Source: a virus (lineage: Duplodnaviria > Heunggongvirae > Uroviricota > Caudoviricetes). From it: a stretch of DNA of 64,000 nt. Below, in pieces: positions 36,093-45,503 of the stretch. The notes beneath the pieces are model-generated. The model searched no databases. It was not told the DNA's origin and was given only the letters and a program-made list of their open reading frames with translations. Location: IMG/VR virus record IMGVR_UViG_3300031994_000003, positions 194,820-258,819 of that record; one strand, written 5' to 3'. The first letter of the stretch is position 1; every line of letters begins with the position of its first letter. The position numbers and the translations under genes were made by a program.

Positions 36093-36168
36093 TGGTGTGA
36101 CGTGGGGGATTTGAACCCTCGACCTTCTGAGCCACAATCAGACGTTCTACCATCTGAACTAACGCCAC
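36093..36168 (-). tRNA. tRNA-His (GTG) with A73 discriminator; a G is encoded at position -1
   Basis: (G)-GTGGCGT-TA-GTTC...TCTGA-TTGTGGC-TCAGA...GAGGG-TTCAAAT-CCCCC-ACGTCAC-A-CCA. The discriminator is A rather than the bacterial C73. Confidence 0.8.
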
Positions 36169-36183
36169 CATGTATTATTTTTT

Positions 36184-36258
36184 TGGAGCGGCATGTCGGA
36201 GTTGAACCGGCACCCTCAGTTTGGAAGACTGAAATACTAACCATTATACTAATACCGC
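36184..36258 (-). tRNA. tRNA-Gly (TCC)
   Basis: GCGGTAT...TCAGT-CTTCCAA-ACTGA...GCCGG-TTCAACT-CCGAC-ATGCCGC-T-CCA. Confidence 0.8.
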
Positions 36259-36259
36259 A

Positions 36260-36334
36260 TGGAGCAGAGAACGGGAATCGAACCCGCGCCTTCACCTTGG
36301 CAAGGTGATATACTAGCCGTTATACTACCTCTAC
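36260..36334 (-). tRNA. tRNA-Gly (GCC)
   Basis: GTAGAGG...TCACC-TTGCCAA-GGTGA...GCGGG-TTCGATT-CCCGT-TCTCTGC-T-CCA. Confidence 0.8.
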
Positions 36335-36559
36335 ATGTAACTAAATAATATCTACCACTACATTATTTAGTCAAACCCTGAGACGACGAATTATGGTAGA
36401 AGCCCAATCAGGGTAATAAAGAATATTATTCATAGACACCTCTTTTACTGCTTTTGTATAATTAAAATAATATTCCATCTTAGCATCATTATAATATATT
36501 TATATTTTAACTATTATATACATTGATTGTTCATTGAACTTTTTTAAAAAATATAAATA

Positions 36560-38002
36560 TTATACTGATAATTTATAGACAGCGTTTCCACAATCATAGA
36601 TTCTATATAATCCAGCAGCTTCTGTAATCTGTAGCTCTGTTTTATTATCATCATAAAATTCTGGTAACTTTGTTTTCAATCTTTGTTTCATATAATTAAA
36701 TCGATGTAGTCTAAGTCCATTTTTTATATAGAAATAATCTGGCTTAGATACATGATCTAATGTAAATCCATTTATACTATATACATTTGACTCTAATGAT
36801 GTAAATCTTAAATCAGCATATGTTATAATGTTTTTAATATAAAATTGTTTTAAAGCATGTTTTAATAATTTACTAAAACCACCAATTACTCTAACAGATG
36901 TTGCATATCTAACCAATTCATATGTGTCTTCAATAGGCTTTTTATTTCCTAAACAAACTCTTGGCTTTGCAAATGTCATTATTGCAACTAATTCATCATT
37001 ATATACTAACCCACAATTAAATTGTGATTTATCAGCACCTTGTATGTGATTTTGCTCTAAAAAATTATTTTTTATATGAGATAGAACATTATATACAATG
37101 CTACATTCTCTAGCATATATATTTGTTTTATTTTTATTTAATATTGACATTAATTTGTTTTTAATTATATCTTGTTTATTTTCCCATTCGTCAGAAAAAA
37201 TATTAATCACTCTTATATTCATGTTTTTAAAATAATTCATTTTATCCATATGATAATATTTATCTCTAAATTTAGAACTATGCCAATATATACCATCATA
37301 CTCAATTCCAAGATTTAATTCTGGAATAAATATATCTAATTCCTGACCATTATCAAACTTTTTATTTCGTTCAATTTTATAATCAGAAATTGATTCAATA
37401 TAATTTGCAAAGTTTTCTTCTTCTTTTGATGAGTTGAATTTCCTTGCACATACCGGACATCTTCTTCCATTAGTAAATCTATTAAATGTTGTTTGATATA
37501 TAGTCCCACAAGTTTTATGTTTAATATTAAAAAATGTTTTATTATCAGCATATTCATTAATCATAGGCTCATATTCAGGATCAATTTGATTAATTTTCTT
37601 AATAACTTCTTCTTTTGCATACTTTGGAGTACCATAGCAATTGGGGCAACCATGACCATGGAGAATATCCCCTGGTCTCATTGTAAAAGTAGTTTCACAT
37701 TTAATACATTTAAAACTGGATGGAGTATTTGCTCCATTATATGTAATACATTCATAATCAATATTTTTTTGTTGGAGTTCTTGATTAAATTCTTCTACAG
37801 TTTTCTTATGTGTGCCAAAACAATATGGGCATCTATGTCCATGTGCTGACCAATCAGAAAATCTAACAAAATAATCTTTTCCACAAACTTCATGTTTAAT
37901 ATTAATTTTTTCTTTATTATTTTTATATTCTTTTGATAATAATTTATAACCGGGTTCCGCCTCAACGGCGTCTTTTACATCTTCATATGCTAGTCGTTTC
38001 AA
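36560..38002 (-). CDS. zinc-ribbon repeat protein with Vsr/DUF559-like endonuclease domain (candidate homing endonuclease)
   Basis: Four repeated CxxC...HxC/CxxC ribbons (CPYCFGTHKK, CIKCETTF, CPNCYGTPKY, CPVCARKF) are followed by LDIFIPELNLGIEYDGIYWHS, which matches the DUF559/Vsr-like E-x-D-G-xx-H motif. Length is 480 aa. Confidence 0.55.
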   Translation of the reverse strand: MKRLAYEDVKDAVEAEPGYKLLSKEYKNNKEKINIKHEVCGKDYFVRFSDWSAHGHRCPYCFGTHKKTVEEFNQELQQKNIDYECITYNGANTPSSFKCIKCETTFTMRPGDILHGHGCPNCYGTPKYAKEEVIKKINQIDPEYEPMINEYADNKTFFNIKHKTCGTIYQTTFNRFTNGRRCPVCARKFNSSKEEENFANYIESISDYKIERNKKFDNGQELDIFIPELNLGIEYDGIYWHSSKFRDKYYHMDKMNYFKNMNIRVINIFSDEWENKQDIIKNKLMSILNKNKTNIYARECSIVYNVLSHIKNNFLEQNHIQGADKSQFNCGLVYNDELVAIMTFAKPRVCLGNKKPIEDTYELVRYATSVRVIGGFSKLLKHALKQFYIKNIITYADLRFTSLESNVYSINGFTLDHVSKPDYFYIKNGLRLHRFNYMKQRLKTKLPEFYDDNKTELQITEAAGLYRIYDCGNAVYKLSV

Positions 38003-38139
38003 TTAAAGTCACCTCGTAAAATCTTTATTTACCACCATGTGTCGTAATCTACAACCATAATTATAATTAATTGTTCTATATATTTTTTTTAAAAAAATAA
38101 AAAAATGTATAAAAAATTAAAAAAAGATTAAGGAAACCC

Positions 38140-39879
38140 TTAATCTTTTGTAAATTCGTATAATGTTACTACGCAGTCTTTACCAATTTGAGTAAGGCCT
38201 CTAATAACTTCTCCATTAGGTCCGACTAAATTAGATTTTGAGAATGTAAGTTTATCTGCTTCTTCATTTGCTTGTATAGAATAGACGCCCCTTATGAACA
38301 CTGTATCACCATCATAGTCTGCACCCATTGCTTTAATAACACCATTACCAAGTATTGTTGTTCCTACAAATTCATAGTATGATGATGGTCTTATTCTAAA
38401 ATAATTCTTATCTGAACTAATTCTGTCATCATCTTTATATGCATCTAATAACATTTCTATAGTTTCTTGATTAGTATATATAAATGGATATCTATCATAA
38501 TAAAAATAATCATCACTATCTAAATCTAATTTAAGATATACTTCTCTTGTTTTTGCAGTAGAATTAATTAACACTCTTGCAGGATAAATATTCTTAATAT
38601 TTGTAACTGGGTGTCTTGTAATTAATACATGTTTATTCTTAACAGCTTTTTGTGCAGCCATCATAAATATATCTGCATATGTTAAACGACGAATATGAGC
38701 ATTTCTATTATTCTTTGCATCTGCTTCACTAGTAAATTCATAAATATTTGGACATACGACCATTTCTTCATTTGTTTGTCTGTCTTTTATATCAATACTA
38801 AATTCATCAAATCTTTCTTCACCAGACTTAATGAATCTACTCATCATTTTTTCAATATCATTCATTGATATTTGAGATACACTTAATTTAATATTTGTAT
38901 TATAATTATTATAAATAGTTGTTAAAATATCATCATTAATAATTTTATATGCTTCATGTACAATAAATGGGTGAAATGCACCTAATACTGATATTAACGT
39001 AATACCGGCGTAACCGAATGGAACGACTGTTTTATCCATAGATTTTGTATCTGAAATAACTGGTGCAACAATAACTGTATATGCACCATAATCAATAGTC
39101 TTACCAATTAAACTACGTTTTAATAATGAATTTTTTGAATTTCCAACAAATTCATTTGTTTTTGTATTTAATGATTTTCCAGTAATAGGTCCCATTGTAA
39201 TATTATATAATTTTAATAATGTATTTTGAATTCTAGTTCTAGTAGCATTACCAAAGATATCAAAATCAAAACTCATTTTCATTGAACGACAAGCAGAAAT
39301 TAACTCTTTATATGTTTGATTAATAACGTCACCTAGTGATCTTGAGTCTGCTTGCTCTTCTCTATAAAATGGCGGTAATACTAACCATTTGCTTACAAAG
39401 AATTCTTCTTTCTTTAATAATTGTAAGAATTTTAATCTTGTTTTCTTATCAATAGAATCTATTTCAGATTCTTCAAGTTCATCAATCCATTTGATCTTAT
39501 CAAAATTATTATAAATAAAATCCAATCCTGTTTCGGCATGGGGCGTATCTTCAGGAACAGTTTTTATCTTCCTATTACCATCAACAATAGCATATTTCTC
39601 ACCAATAATAATATCTCTAATATTACTCATTCTACTTGAAATAATAGAATAAACAACTGGATTTATATAATAACCTTTTAGATCAATATAACCAAATATA
39701 TTCTTTCTTTCTTCTTCTGAATAACCAAATATTTCATATGAAAATAAGCCATCATCAGTTGGTAACTTATTTGGTTGCCAGAAAATTGGATTCGTAACTT
39801 CTTTACATCCATTTAATTTTATAAATTCATCAATATTAAACATATCTAGAATCATTAATATCACCAAATTTCTTTTCAA
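38140..39879 (-). CDS. multisubunit RNA polymerase beta-prime subunit, N-terminal part (split subunit)
   Basis: GLFSYEIFG and NIFGYIDL match beta-prime GLFCAKIFG and RMGHIEL. The catalytic loop GADYDGDTV matches NADFDGD and lies near the C-terminus of the 579 aa ORF. Confidence 0.75.
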   Translation of the reverse strand: MKRNLVILMILDMFNIDEFIKLNGCKEVTNPIFWQPNKLPTDDGLFSYEIFGYSEEERKNIFGYIDLKGYYINPVVYSIISSRMSNIRDIIIGEKYAIVDGNRKIKTVPEDTPHAETGLDFIYNNFDKIKWIDELEESEIDSIDKKTRLKFLQLLKKEEFFVSKWLVLPPFYREEQADSRSLGDVINQTYKELISACRSMKMSFDFDIFGNATRTRIQNTLLKLYNITMGPITGKSLNTKTNEFVGNSKNSLLKRSLIGKTIDYGAYTVIVAPVISDTKSMDKTVVPFGYAGITLISVLGAFHPFIVHEAYKIINDDILTTIYNNYNTNIKLSVSQISMNDIEKMMSRFIKSGEERFDEFSIDIKDRQTNEEMVVCPNIYEFTSEADAKNNRNAHIRRLTYADIFMMAAQKAVKNKHVLITRHPVTNIKNIYPARVLINSTAKTREVYLKLDLDSDDYFYYDRYPFIYTNQETIEMLLDAYKDDDRISSDKNYFRIRPSSYYEFVGTTILGNGVIKAMGADYDGDTVFIRGVYSIQANEEADKLTFSKSNLVGPNGEVIRGLTQIGKDCVVTLYEFTKD

Positions 39880-39928
39880 TATAATAAATTGTTCAAAACT
39901 ACTAAAATCATATAAAAAAAAGAAGATA

Positions 39929-40624
39929 TTAATCTTCTTTTATATAAGTTACTTTAATATATGGTGATTTATTATCATTATCATTTTCTGATAAAATATA
40001 ATCAAAATCATCATAATCATCTGATTTACTATAATTAAATAAATATATATTTAATATATCATAATCATATTCATGATCAATTTCTATTTTAAAATTTTCA
40101 TATGAATACATTCTTCTATTATCATCCTGTGTTATGAATTCAATACATTTATCAAAAGACCCTTCAAATTCAGTACAAGTTTCTTTAGTATCTTCTTTTA
40201 CATTATAGATATTAACATATTCAATATTACTATCATATCGATGATTTGTAATTGCTTTAAATAATATTCTATCTGAGTAATAATCTTCATAATCATAATC
40301 AGCAGAGTCATCTAGCTCTTCATCATTTTTAAATAATTTTTTACTAATTTTATCTTCAGATATTTCAATTATATTATCATTAATCATCTTATATATAATA
40401 TCTAAATATGCACGTCTATAAGTATAATCGCTGGCAGTATTTGATAGAGTTTTATGAATTGAATCAATATATCTAGTTACAGGATCTATTTTTAATCCAT
40501 ACGATATATTTTCAATTTTATAAATTTCAATATAATCTTTATTATTTTCATATTTATTAATATAAATATAAAATCCATAATTTTGAAGTTGCATTAAATC
40601 AAAATCATCTTTTATTTTTAACAT
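39929..40624 (-). CDS. hypothetical acidic Tyr/Asp-rich protein (231 aa)
   Basis: Intact ORF between RNAP subunit genes. Confidence 0.35.
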   Translation of the reverse strand: MLKIKDDFDLMQLQNYGFYIYINKYENNKDYIEIYKIENISYGLKIDPVTRYIDSIHKTLSNTASDYTYRRAYLDIIYKMINDNIIEISEDKISKKLFKNDEELDDSADYDYEDYYSDRILFKAITNHRYDSNIEYVNIYNVKEDTKETCTEFEGSFDKCIEFITQDDNRRMYSYENFKIEIDHEYDYDILNIYLFNYSKSDDYDDFDYILSENDNDNKSPYIKVTYIKED

Positions 40625-40641
40625 AATATCAACTCCGATTC

Positions 40642-41055
40642 TTATTTAATATTAACTAACCACTCAATAACTTCAATTACATCTTTATATATTTCTTCAG
40701 TTGTCCATTTCTTACCACCGCTCTGAAGTTCTAATGGATACATTAAATCAAAGCCACTAAAATCGTCATAATGAGAATAATCCCAACCATAATAGAATCC
40801 AGATTTAATACTTGGATTATTTTTTACTATATGGGATAATGAACCTGTATATGTAAATCCACCATGTGCTGGACTATTATCATTTATATTCATATGACTA
40901 GTATTATAATATTTATGATTTTCTGGAATTCTTACATATGCGACTGGATGTGTTCCAAATGAATATATAACAAAATCAATTCCTTTAAATGTTCCTTGAT
41001 ATAATATTTTGTCTTGACGATCTTTTGTATAGATCATTTTTTCCATATTTTCCAT
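40642..41055 (-). CDS. hypothetical protein (137 aa)
   Basis: Intact ORF. Confidence 0.35.
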   Translation of the reverse strand: MENMEKMIYTKDRQDKILYQGTFKGIDFVIYSFGTHPVAYVRIPENHKYYNTSHMNINDNSPAHGGFTYTGSLSHIVKNNPSIKSGFYYGWDYSHYDDFSGFDLMYPLELQSGGKKWTTEEIYKDVIEVIEWLVNIK

Positions 41056-41069
41056 ATTATTTTCATCTC

Positions 41070-41106
41070 CTATATAAAAATAAAGGAAGAGTATTTCTAC
41101 TCTTCC
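41070..41106 (-). terminator. hairpin GGAAGAGTA-TTTC-TACTCTTCC overlapping the stop of the beta N-part gene
   Basis: Perfect 9 bp stem followed by a T-rich stretch on the minus transcript. Confidence 0.5.
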
Positions 41107-42644
41107 TCATCAGATTTTGGCGTAAAATATCCACCATCATAAACTTTAACAAATGGAACTAATGTACCACTTGTTCCTGGATCACCAGCATTAGATGCAA
41201 TTAATGATAAACGTCCAGTATAACTTGGATGTAATGAACGTTGATCTAATGAAACTGTACTAGAATATGCTTGAGGTCCATGGAATGTATATCTTAATAA
41301 TGCTCCATATAAATTAAATTCATTTGTTGAATTGAAATAATGAAGTAATTCTGAAGTTATACATTCTTTAATTAATAGCATTGGAGTTAATCCAGTAAAT
41401 ATTTTTTCAATATTTTGAACACTTACTGTAGATGAACTGAATATTGTATAAATCTTATTTCCAAAATATGCTCTTAATGGGAATAATAAATATTCATACA
41501 AACGAAGACGCTTATTTGTTAAATCTTGTCCATCAGCATTTGCTAATTCATCAAAATTTAACATAATATATTCCATAATTGTAAATACATCTTTCTTATA
41601 TTTACTTGGAATTCTCATAATTTTTCTAGTTGGTTCATCAATTAATCTCTCTAATGAGATAAATACTCCTTTTGCTTTTTCATATTTCTTAAATATGTCA
41701 GTAGTTTGAGAAAATGCATCAGTTAATTTATCTAACCAATACCACATATTTGTTAAATCTTCATATGAGAAAACAAGATTCTTTTTCTTATCTTTTTTCT
41801 TTGGAGATTTACAAAAACCAAATAATGCTAATGCTGCTTGATAATTTGGTTCATTAATTTTTTCAGTTGGTACGGAGTAATATACACCTTGAGTTTTATC
41901 TCCTTTAACTGAAAAGACTGTTCTGTCATCTTCAACTAAGTCTGCATAACTATTTGAAAATTTTATATCTGTTTTCAAGTATTCATTAAAATAATCAAGT
42001 ATTCCATCATCTTGTTCTGCTAAAAAAGCATCTACATCATCAATAACAGGATGTTTTTCAACTAATTTATTTAATGCATATTTACTCATAATATAAATTA
42101 ATGGTGATACACATTTTTCAAATGTTGCAAATTCAAATATTGGCATATCAGTTAAATTAACAGCACCATTTTCAGATTCCATGTTAAATCTATTATTTAC
42201 TAACATTGTGATTGGCATTGTCATAGCCTTAAATGAAGTTCCTCGTCCAAAACCATAACTTGAAGAATCTACAATCTGCCAAATTAGGAAATAACGAATA
42301 CCTTCATTAATATAAAATGTTTTATCTAACATTTTATTAATATATAAATCTCTCTCAATTGGTTTATCTAATCCATCAATAGTAACTTTATAATGAATCT
42401 TATTTAATCTTGATGGGGCAACAGCTTTATAATATTTTCCTTGTTGCTTAATAGGACCAAAATTAGATTCATCTGTCTCTAAAGTTATATCTTCTCTATT
42501 AATATGGATTTGTGGAATAATTTTTAAATCTTCAAATATATCCCTAACTTTTTCTAATATTTCTGAATCATCTCTTGACATGATAAAGTCATCATTAAAT
42601 TTTTCAGGAAGCCTATCCATATATCTAGATAATAATTCTTTCAT
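41097..42644 (-). CDS. multisubunit RNA polymerase beta subunit, N-terminal part (split subunit)
   Basis: RSLHPSYTGRLSLIASNAGDPGTSGTLVPF near the C-terminus matches the beta motif [25 protein letters not shown]. Confidence 0.65.
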   Translation of the reverse strand: MKELLSRYMDRLPEKFNDDFIMSRDDSEILEKVRDIFEDLKIIPQIHINREDITLETDESNFGPIKQQGKYYKAVAPSRLNKIHYKVTIDGLDKPIERDLYINKMLDKTFYINEGIRYFLIWQIVDSSSYGFGRGTSFKAMTMPITMLVNNRFNMESENGAVNLTDMPIFEFATFEKCVSPLIYIMSKYALNKLVEKHPVIDDVDAFLAEQDDGILDYFNEYLKTDIKFSNSYADLVEDDRTVFSVKGDKTQGVYYSVPTEKINEPNYQAALALFGFCKSPKKKDKKKNLVFSYEDLTNMWYWLDKLTDAFSQTTDIFKKYEKAKGVFISLERLIDEPTRKIMRIPSKYKKDVFTIMEYIMLNFDELANADGQDLTNKRLRLYEYLLFPLRAYFGNKIYTIFSSSTVSVQNIEKIFTGLTPMLLIKECITSELLHYFNSTNEFNLYGALLRYTFHGPQAYSSTVSLDQRSLHPSYTGRLSLIASNAGDPGTSGTLVPFVKVYDGGYFTPKSDEEE

Positions 42645-44083
42645 TATATAAACACCCCATCTTGATAAAGGCCATCTTCTTCAACAACCTGTTCATTATT
42701 ATTAATTTTTTCTTCTAATCTTTCAGACATAAATGCCCTTTTAGTTTCCAAATCAAATTTATTTAAATATTTTAAAATTCTTTCACCTTGACCACACATT
42801 ACCATATATGCAACTTGACCTTTTGCTTTTTGCATATCAATATTAGTATCACCATGAGCATAGTTATTAATTGTTACTCTAAGATGTCTATACAAATATC
42901 TTCTATTTGTTGGTTTATTATTATTGGTATGATCAAATGCGATTGATGTAACATTTCTATATTGACCAGTTTGGCCAAACATTTTTTCAGGTTTTAATGT
43001 AAAATATTCAATTAAACCATTTTTAGTATAAACTCTTTCAAATATATTTGTAATTAAATTCTTTGAAATTGGTCTATCAGATGAAAATGTTATATCATCA
43101 CAATATTGTGTAAAAGTAATTCCTGTTGATCTACAAATATTATAAATATCTCTTGCAGATTTTGCTACTATTTGATTTGCAATAATTGGAGAAATTGGAT
43201 TACCTAAACATAATCCATTATCAACTAGCATTTTATCTAAAAAATATTTCATTAATGAATATCCACGATATGAATCATTAAAAGCATATCTTACAACTCT
43301 TGTTACTAATGGTCTCTTACATGAAGGGAAAAAGTTACTAATATCTGCTTTTTCAATATAACGATGATCTTTATGTGGATATGCGTTGTCAATTATAGAA
43401 GACCCACTCTTATATGCAATTTGAATTCCTCTATTAATATCTTCATATGCTAATTTAAAGAATTTATTTAAATCTACTAATGAATCTAATATTTCATCAT
43501 TAGGTTTTGATAATAAACGAACTTTACCATTTGGCATAGTTCTTTCAAAATTAAAATAGATAGACTTATGTGTTCTATCTAATATTTTACATCCTACAAT
43601 TACTTTAAGAATTTGTGGATTTACAAATATCTCAAAATTATGTTCAGCTGATTGAATTACTGAAACCGCATCTTGTATTCCTTTGAATATATCTCTAACA
43701 AATATATTTTTTACTAAATCATTTTCATATTTATAATATAAATGTAATTCAGCTTGTGAGAATGTTGCACTACCATTTTGTTCATTTATTTTTGTTATTA
43801 TTTTAAATAAATATATTCCATCTTCTTTTAAATAAAATCTCCATATTCCTTCACTTTTTTCATTTTTGATATAATATAGATTATCACAAAAAGATTTATA
43901 ACTTATAGCGTTACGAACAACGTGTGCATCTTCAATAGCTCTACGCTCATCGGCTTCAAATTTTTCAATATCAGTTATTTCATTTTCATTAATTGGATAA
44001 AATATAAGACCATATCTATTTACATTTAATTGGTCTTGTGCAAAGCACAATATTTTTCCTCGATATTTAAACATGCGAAACAC
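42644..44083 (-). CDS. reverse transcriptase-like protein with roughly 190 aa N-terminal extension
   Basis: RT motif 2 KADISNFFPSC (D-I-x-x-F-F-x-S), motif 4 GLCLGNPISPIIANQ (QG..SP-like) and motif 5 YCDDITFSS (YxDD), in the correct order and spacing. The stop overlaps the start of the beta N-part gene. Confidence 0.7.
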   Translation of the reverse strand: MFRMFKYRGKILCFAQDQLNVNRYGLIFYPINENEITDIEKFEADERRAIEDAHVVRNAISYKSFCDNLYYIKNEKSEGIWRFYLKEDGIYLFKIITKINEQNGSATFSQAELHLYYKYENDLVKNIFVRDIFKGIQDAVSVIQSAEHNFEIFVNPQILKVIVGCKILDRTHKSIYFNFERTMPNGKVRLLSKPNDEILDSLVDLNKFFKLAYEDINRGIQIAYKSGSSIIDNAYPHKDHRYIEKADISNFFPSCKRPLVTRVVRYAFNDSYRGYSLMKYFLDKMLVDNGLCLGNPISPIIANQIVAKSARDIYNICRSTGITFTQYCDDITFSSDRPISKNLITNIFERVYTKNGLIEYFTLKPEKMFGQTGQYRNVTSIAFDHTNNNKPTNRRYLYRHLRVTINNYAHGDTNIDMQKAKGQVAYMVMCGQGERILKYLNKFDLETKRAFMSERLEEKINNNEQVVEEDGLYQDGVFI

Positions 44084-44095
44084 ATGCTCCTTTCT

Positions 44096-44326
44096 TTATT
44101 CTATTCCTTTTATACAAATTTTTGTATTAATTTCTTCTCCGGCCTTTGATATAAAATTCACTTCAGCATATGTTGCATCATAATCTACACTTACATAAGT
44201 ATTTACATCTTCACCAAGATTTGTTGAAGCTCCAACTACTGATTCTATAACATCATCAAATGAATCAGCAGTCACTTCTTTAAATAATTCATCCTTATAT
44301 GATATTTCATAATTTTTATTTTTCAT
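44096..44326 (-). CDS. hypothetical acidic protein (76 aa)
   Basis: Intact ORF immediately upstream of the RT gene. Confidence 0.3.
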   Translation of the reverse strand: MKNKNYEISYKDELFKEVTADSFDDVIESVVGASTNLGEDVNTYVSVDYDATYAEVNFISKAGEEINTKICIKGIE

Positions 44327-44391
44327 ATTTGCTCCTGAAATTTAAGAAGTATTCAGGAAAAATACTTCTTGAGTAATGCCTACAAAGAAAG

Positions 44392-45021
44392 CTATCTTCT
44401 AGCTTTCTTATTATTTTGTTTTTTATCTTTGTAAATTTTAACTTTTGTATCAGAAGAAATTTTCATCTTTGTTTGAACCTTATCTTCTAAATATTTTGCT
44501 TCATTATAACTATATGCATTATTTCTTTCAATCATATTTATAATATTACTTCCATTATCTCTTCCACGATTAATAAATGATGTATCAAATAGATCAATTG
44601 TAATCGGGGTATCTAATGTTGCTGTAAATTGACTTATTGCTTTAAAAGTTACATTCTTTCTAGCTTTATTATCAATTATATTAATATTATAATTCATAAT
44701 ATTAATTCCATAATATCCAAATGAAGTGTCTTTATAAAATACTAAATATTCTCCAACAAATTTATGTTTGTTGTTCGTGCGAGGACACTCATATATTTCA
44801 TATGTGTTATCATCTACAAATGATGATCTTCCATTAGGTAGGTTTGTGAATCTAATTGCTTTACCCATTAGGTCTTTTCCTGTTGTTCTATAGCAACGAA
44901 TGTTTTGAAGATCATACTTAGAAACATCGATGCCTACTTTTTTTGTTGATTTTACAATTAATTCACGTAATTTCCTATAATGTACTGTTTGGTGTAATGG
45001 TGTTATGTTATTTCCTGCCAT
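44392..45021 (-). CDS. hypothetical protein (209 aa)
   Basis: Intact ORF with a basic C-terminal tail. Confidence 0.35.
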   Translation of the reverse strand: MAGNNITPLHQTVHYRKLRELIVKSTKKVGIDVSKYDLQNIRCYRTTGKDLMGKAIRFTNLPNGRSSFVDDNTYEIYECPRTNNKHKFVGEYLVFYKDTSFGYYGINIMNYNINIIDNKARKNVTFKAISQFTATLDTPITIDLFDTSFINRGRDNGSNIINMIERNNAYSYNEAKYLEDKVQTKMKISSDTKVKIYKDKKQNNKKARR

Positions 45022-45107
45022 AATACCACACCCCTTTCTCTTTAAAGACTTAAAATTACTAGGACTATTTTAAATCTTATTAATAATATATTTTTTAATA
45101 ATTATTT

Positions 45108-45470
45108 TTAAAAGTAATATGAATCACAAGAGCTAATAAATTCTCTTCTATTTTCATAATATTCATAATCAATTCCTATTAAATCTAATTCATCCTTAAT
45201 GTTTTGTACAAATTTATCAAATTCATATTCTTCATCTCGTTGCATATGTTTTGCAATAACACCAACTAATGTTGGGTATTGTTTTGATGTCACACCAAAA
45301 TAACCAGCTCTGTCGGTTACTGATCCATCTACAACTTCTGCATATTTTAATTCACCTGAATAATGTGTGTAATCAATGTTATATTTTTCTTTTATTAAAT
45401 TTTCAATGTCTCTAATCAAATCTTCTTGTTTAAAGTCCTCAATGATAAAACTAAAATTAATTTTTTTCAT
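45108..45470 (-). CDS. hypothetical protein (120 aa)
   Basis: Intact ORF. Confidence 0.35.
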   Translation of the reverse strand: MKKINFSFIIEDFKQEDLIRDIENLIKEKYNIDYTHYSGELKYAEVVDGSVTDRAGYFGVTSKQYPTLVGVIAKHMQRDEEYEFDKFVQNIKDELDLIGIDYEYYENRREFISSCDSYYF

Positions 45471-45503
45471 AAATTGTACCTCAATGTAAAAGAAGGAAGA
45501 AGA

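Noticed and set aside
42644-45470. Diversity-generating retroelement (DGR) interpretation of the RT.
   Set aside because: The RT is bounded tightly by coding sequence: its stop overlaps the beta N-part start, and only 12 nt separate it from the upstream ORF. This leaves no room for a template repeat. No Avd-like basic four-helix protein is evident. Motif 4 retains SP rather than the DGR LTSQ. The idea is not excluded without a genome-wide repeat search, so it is kept as a check in the finding.
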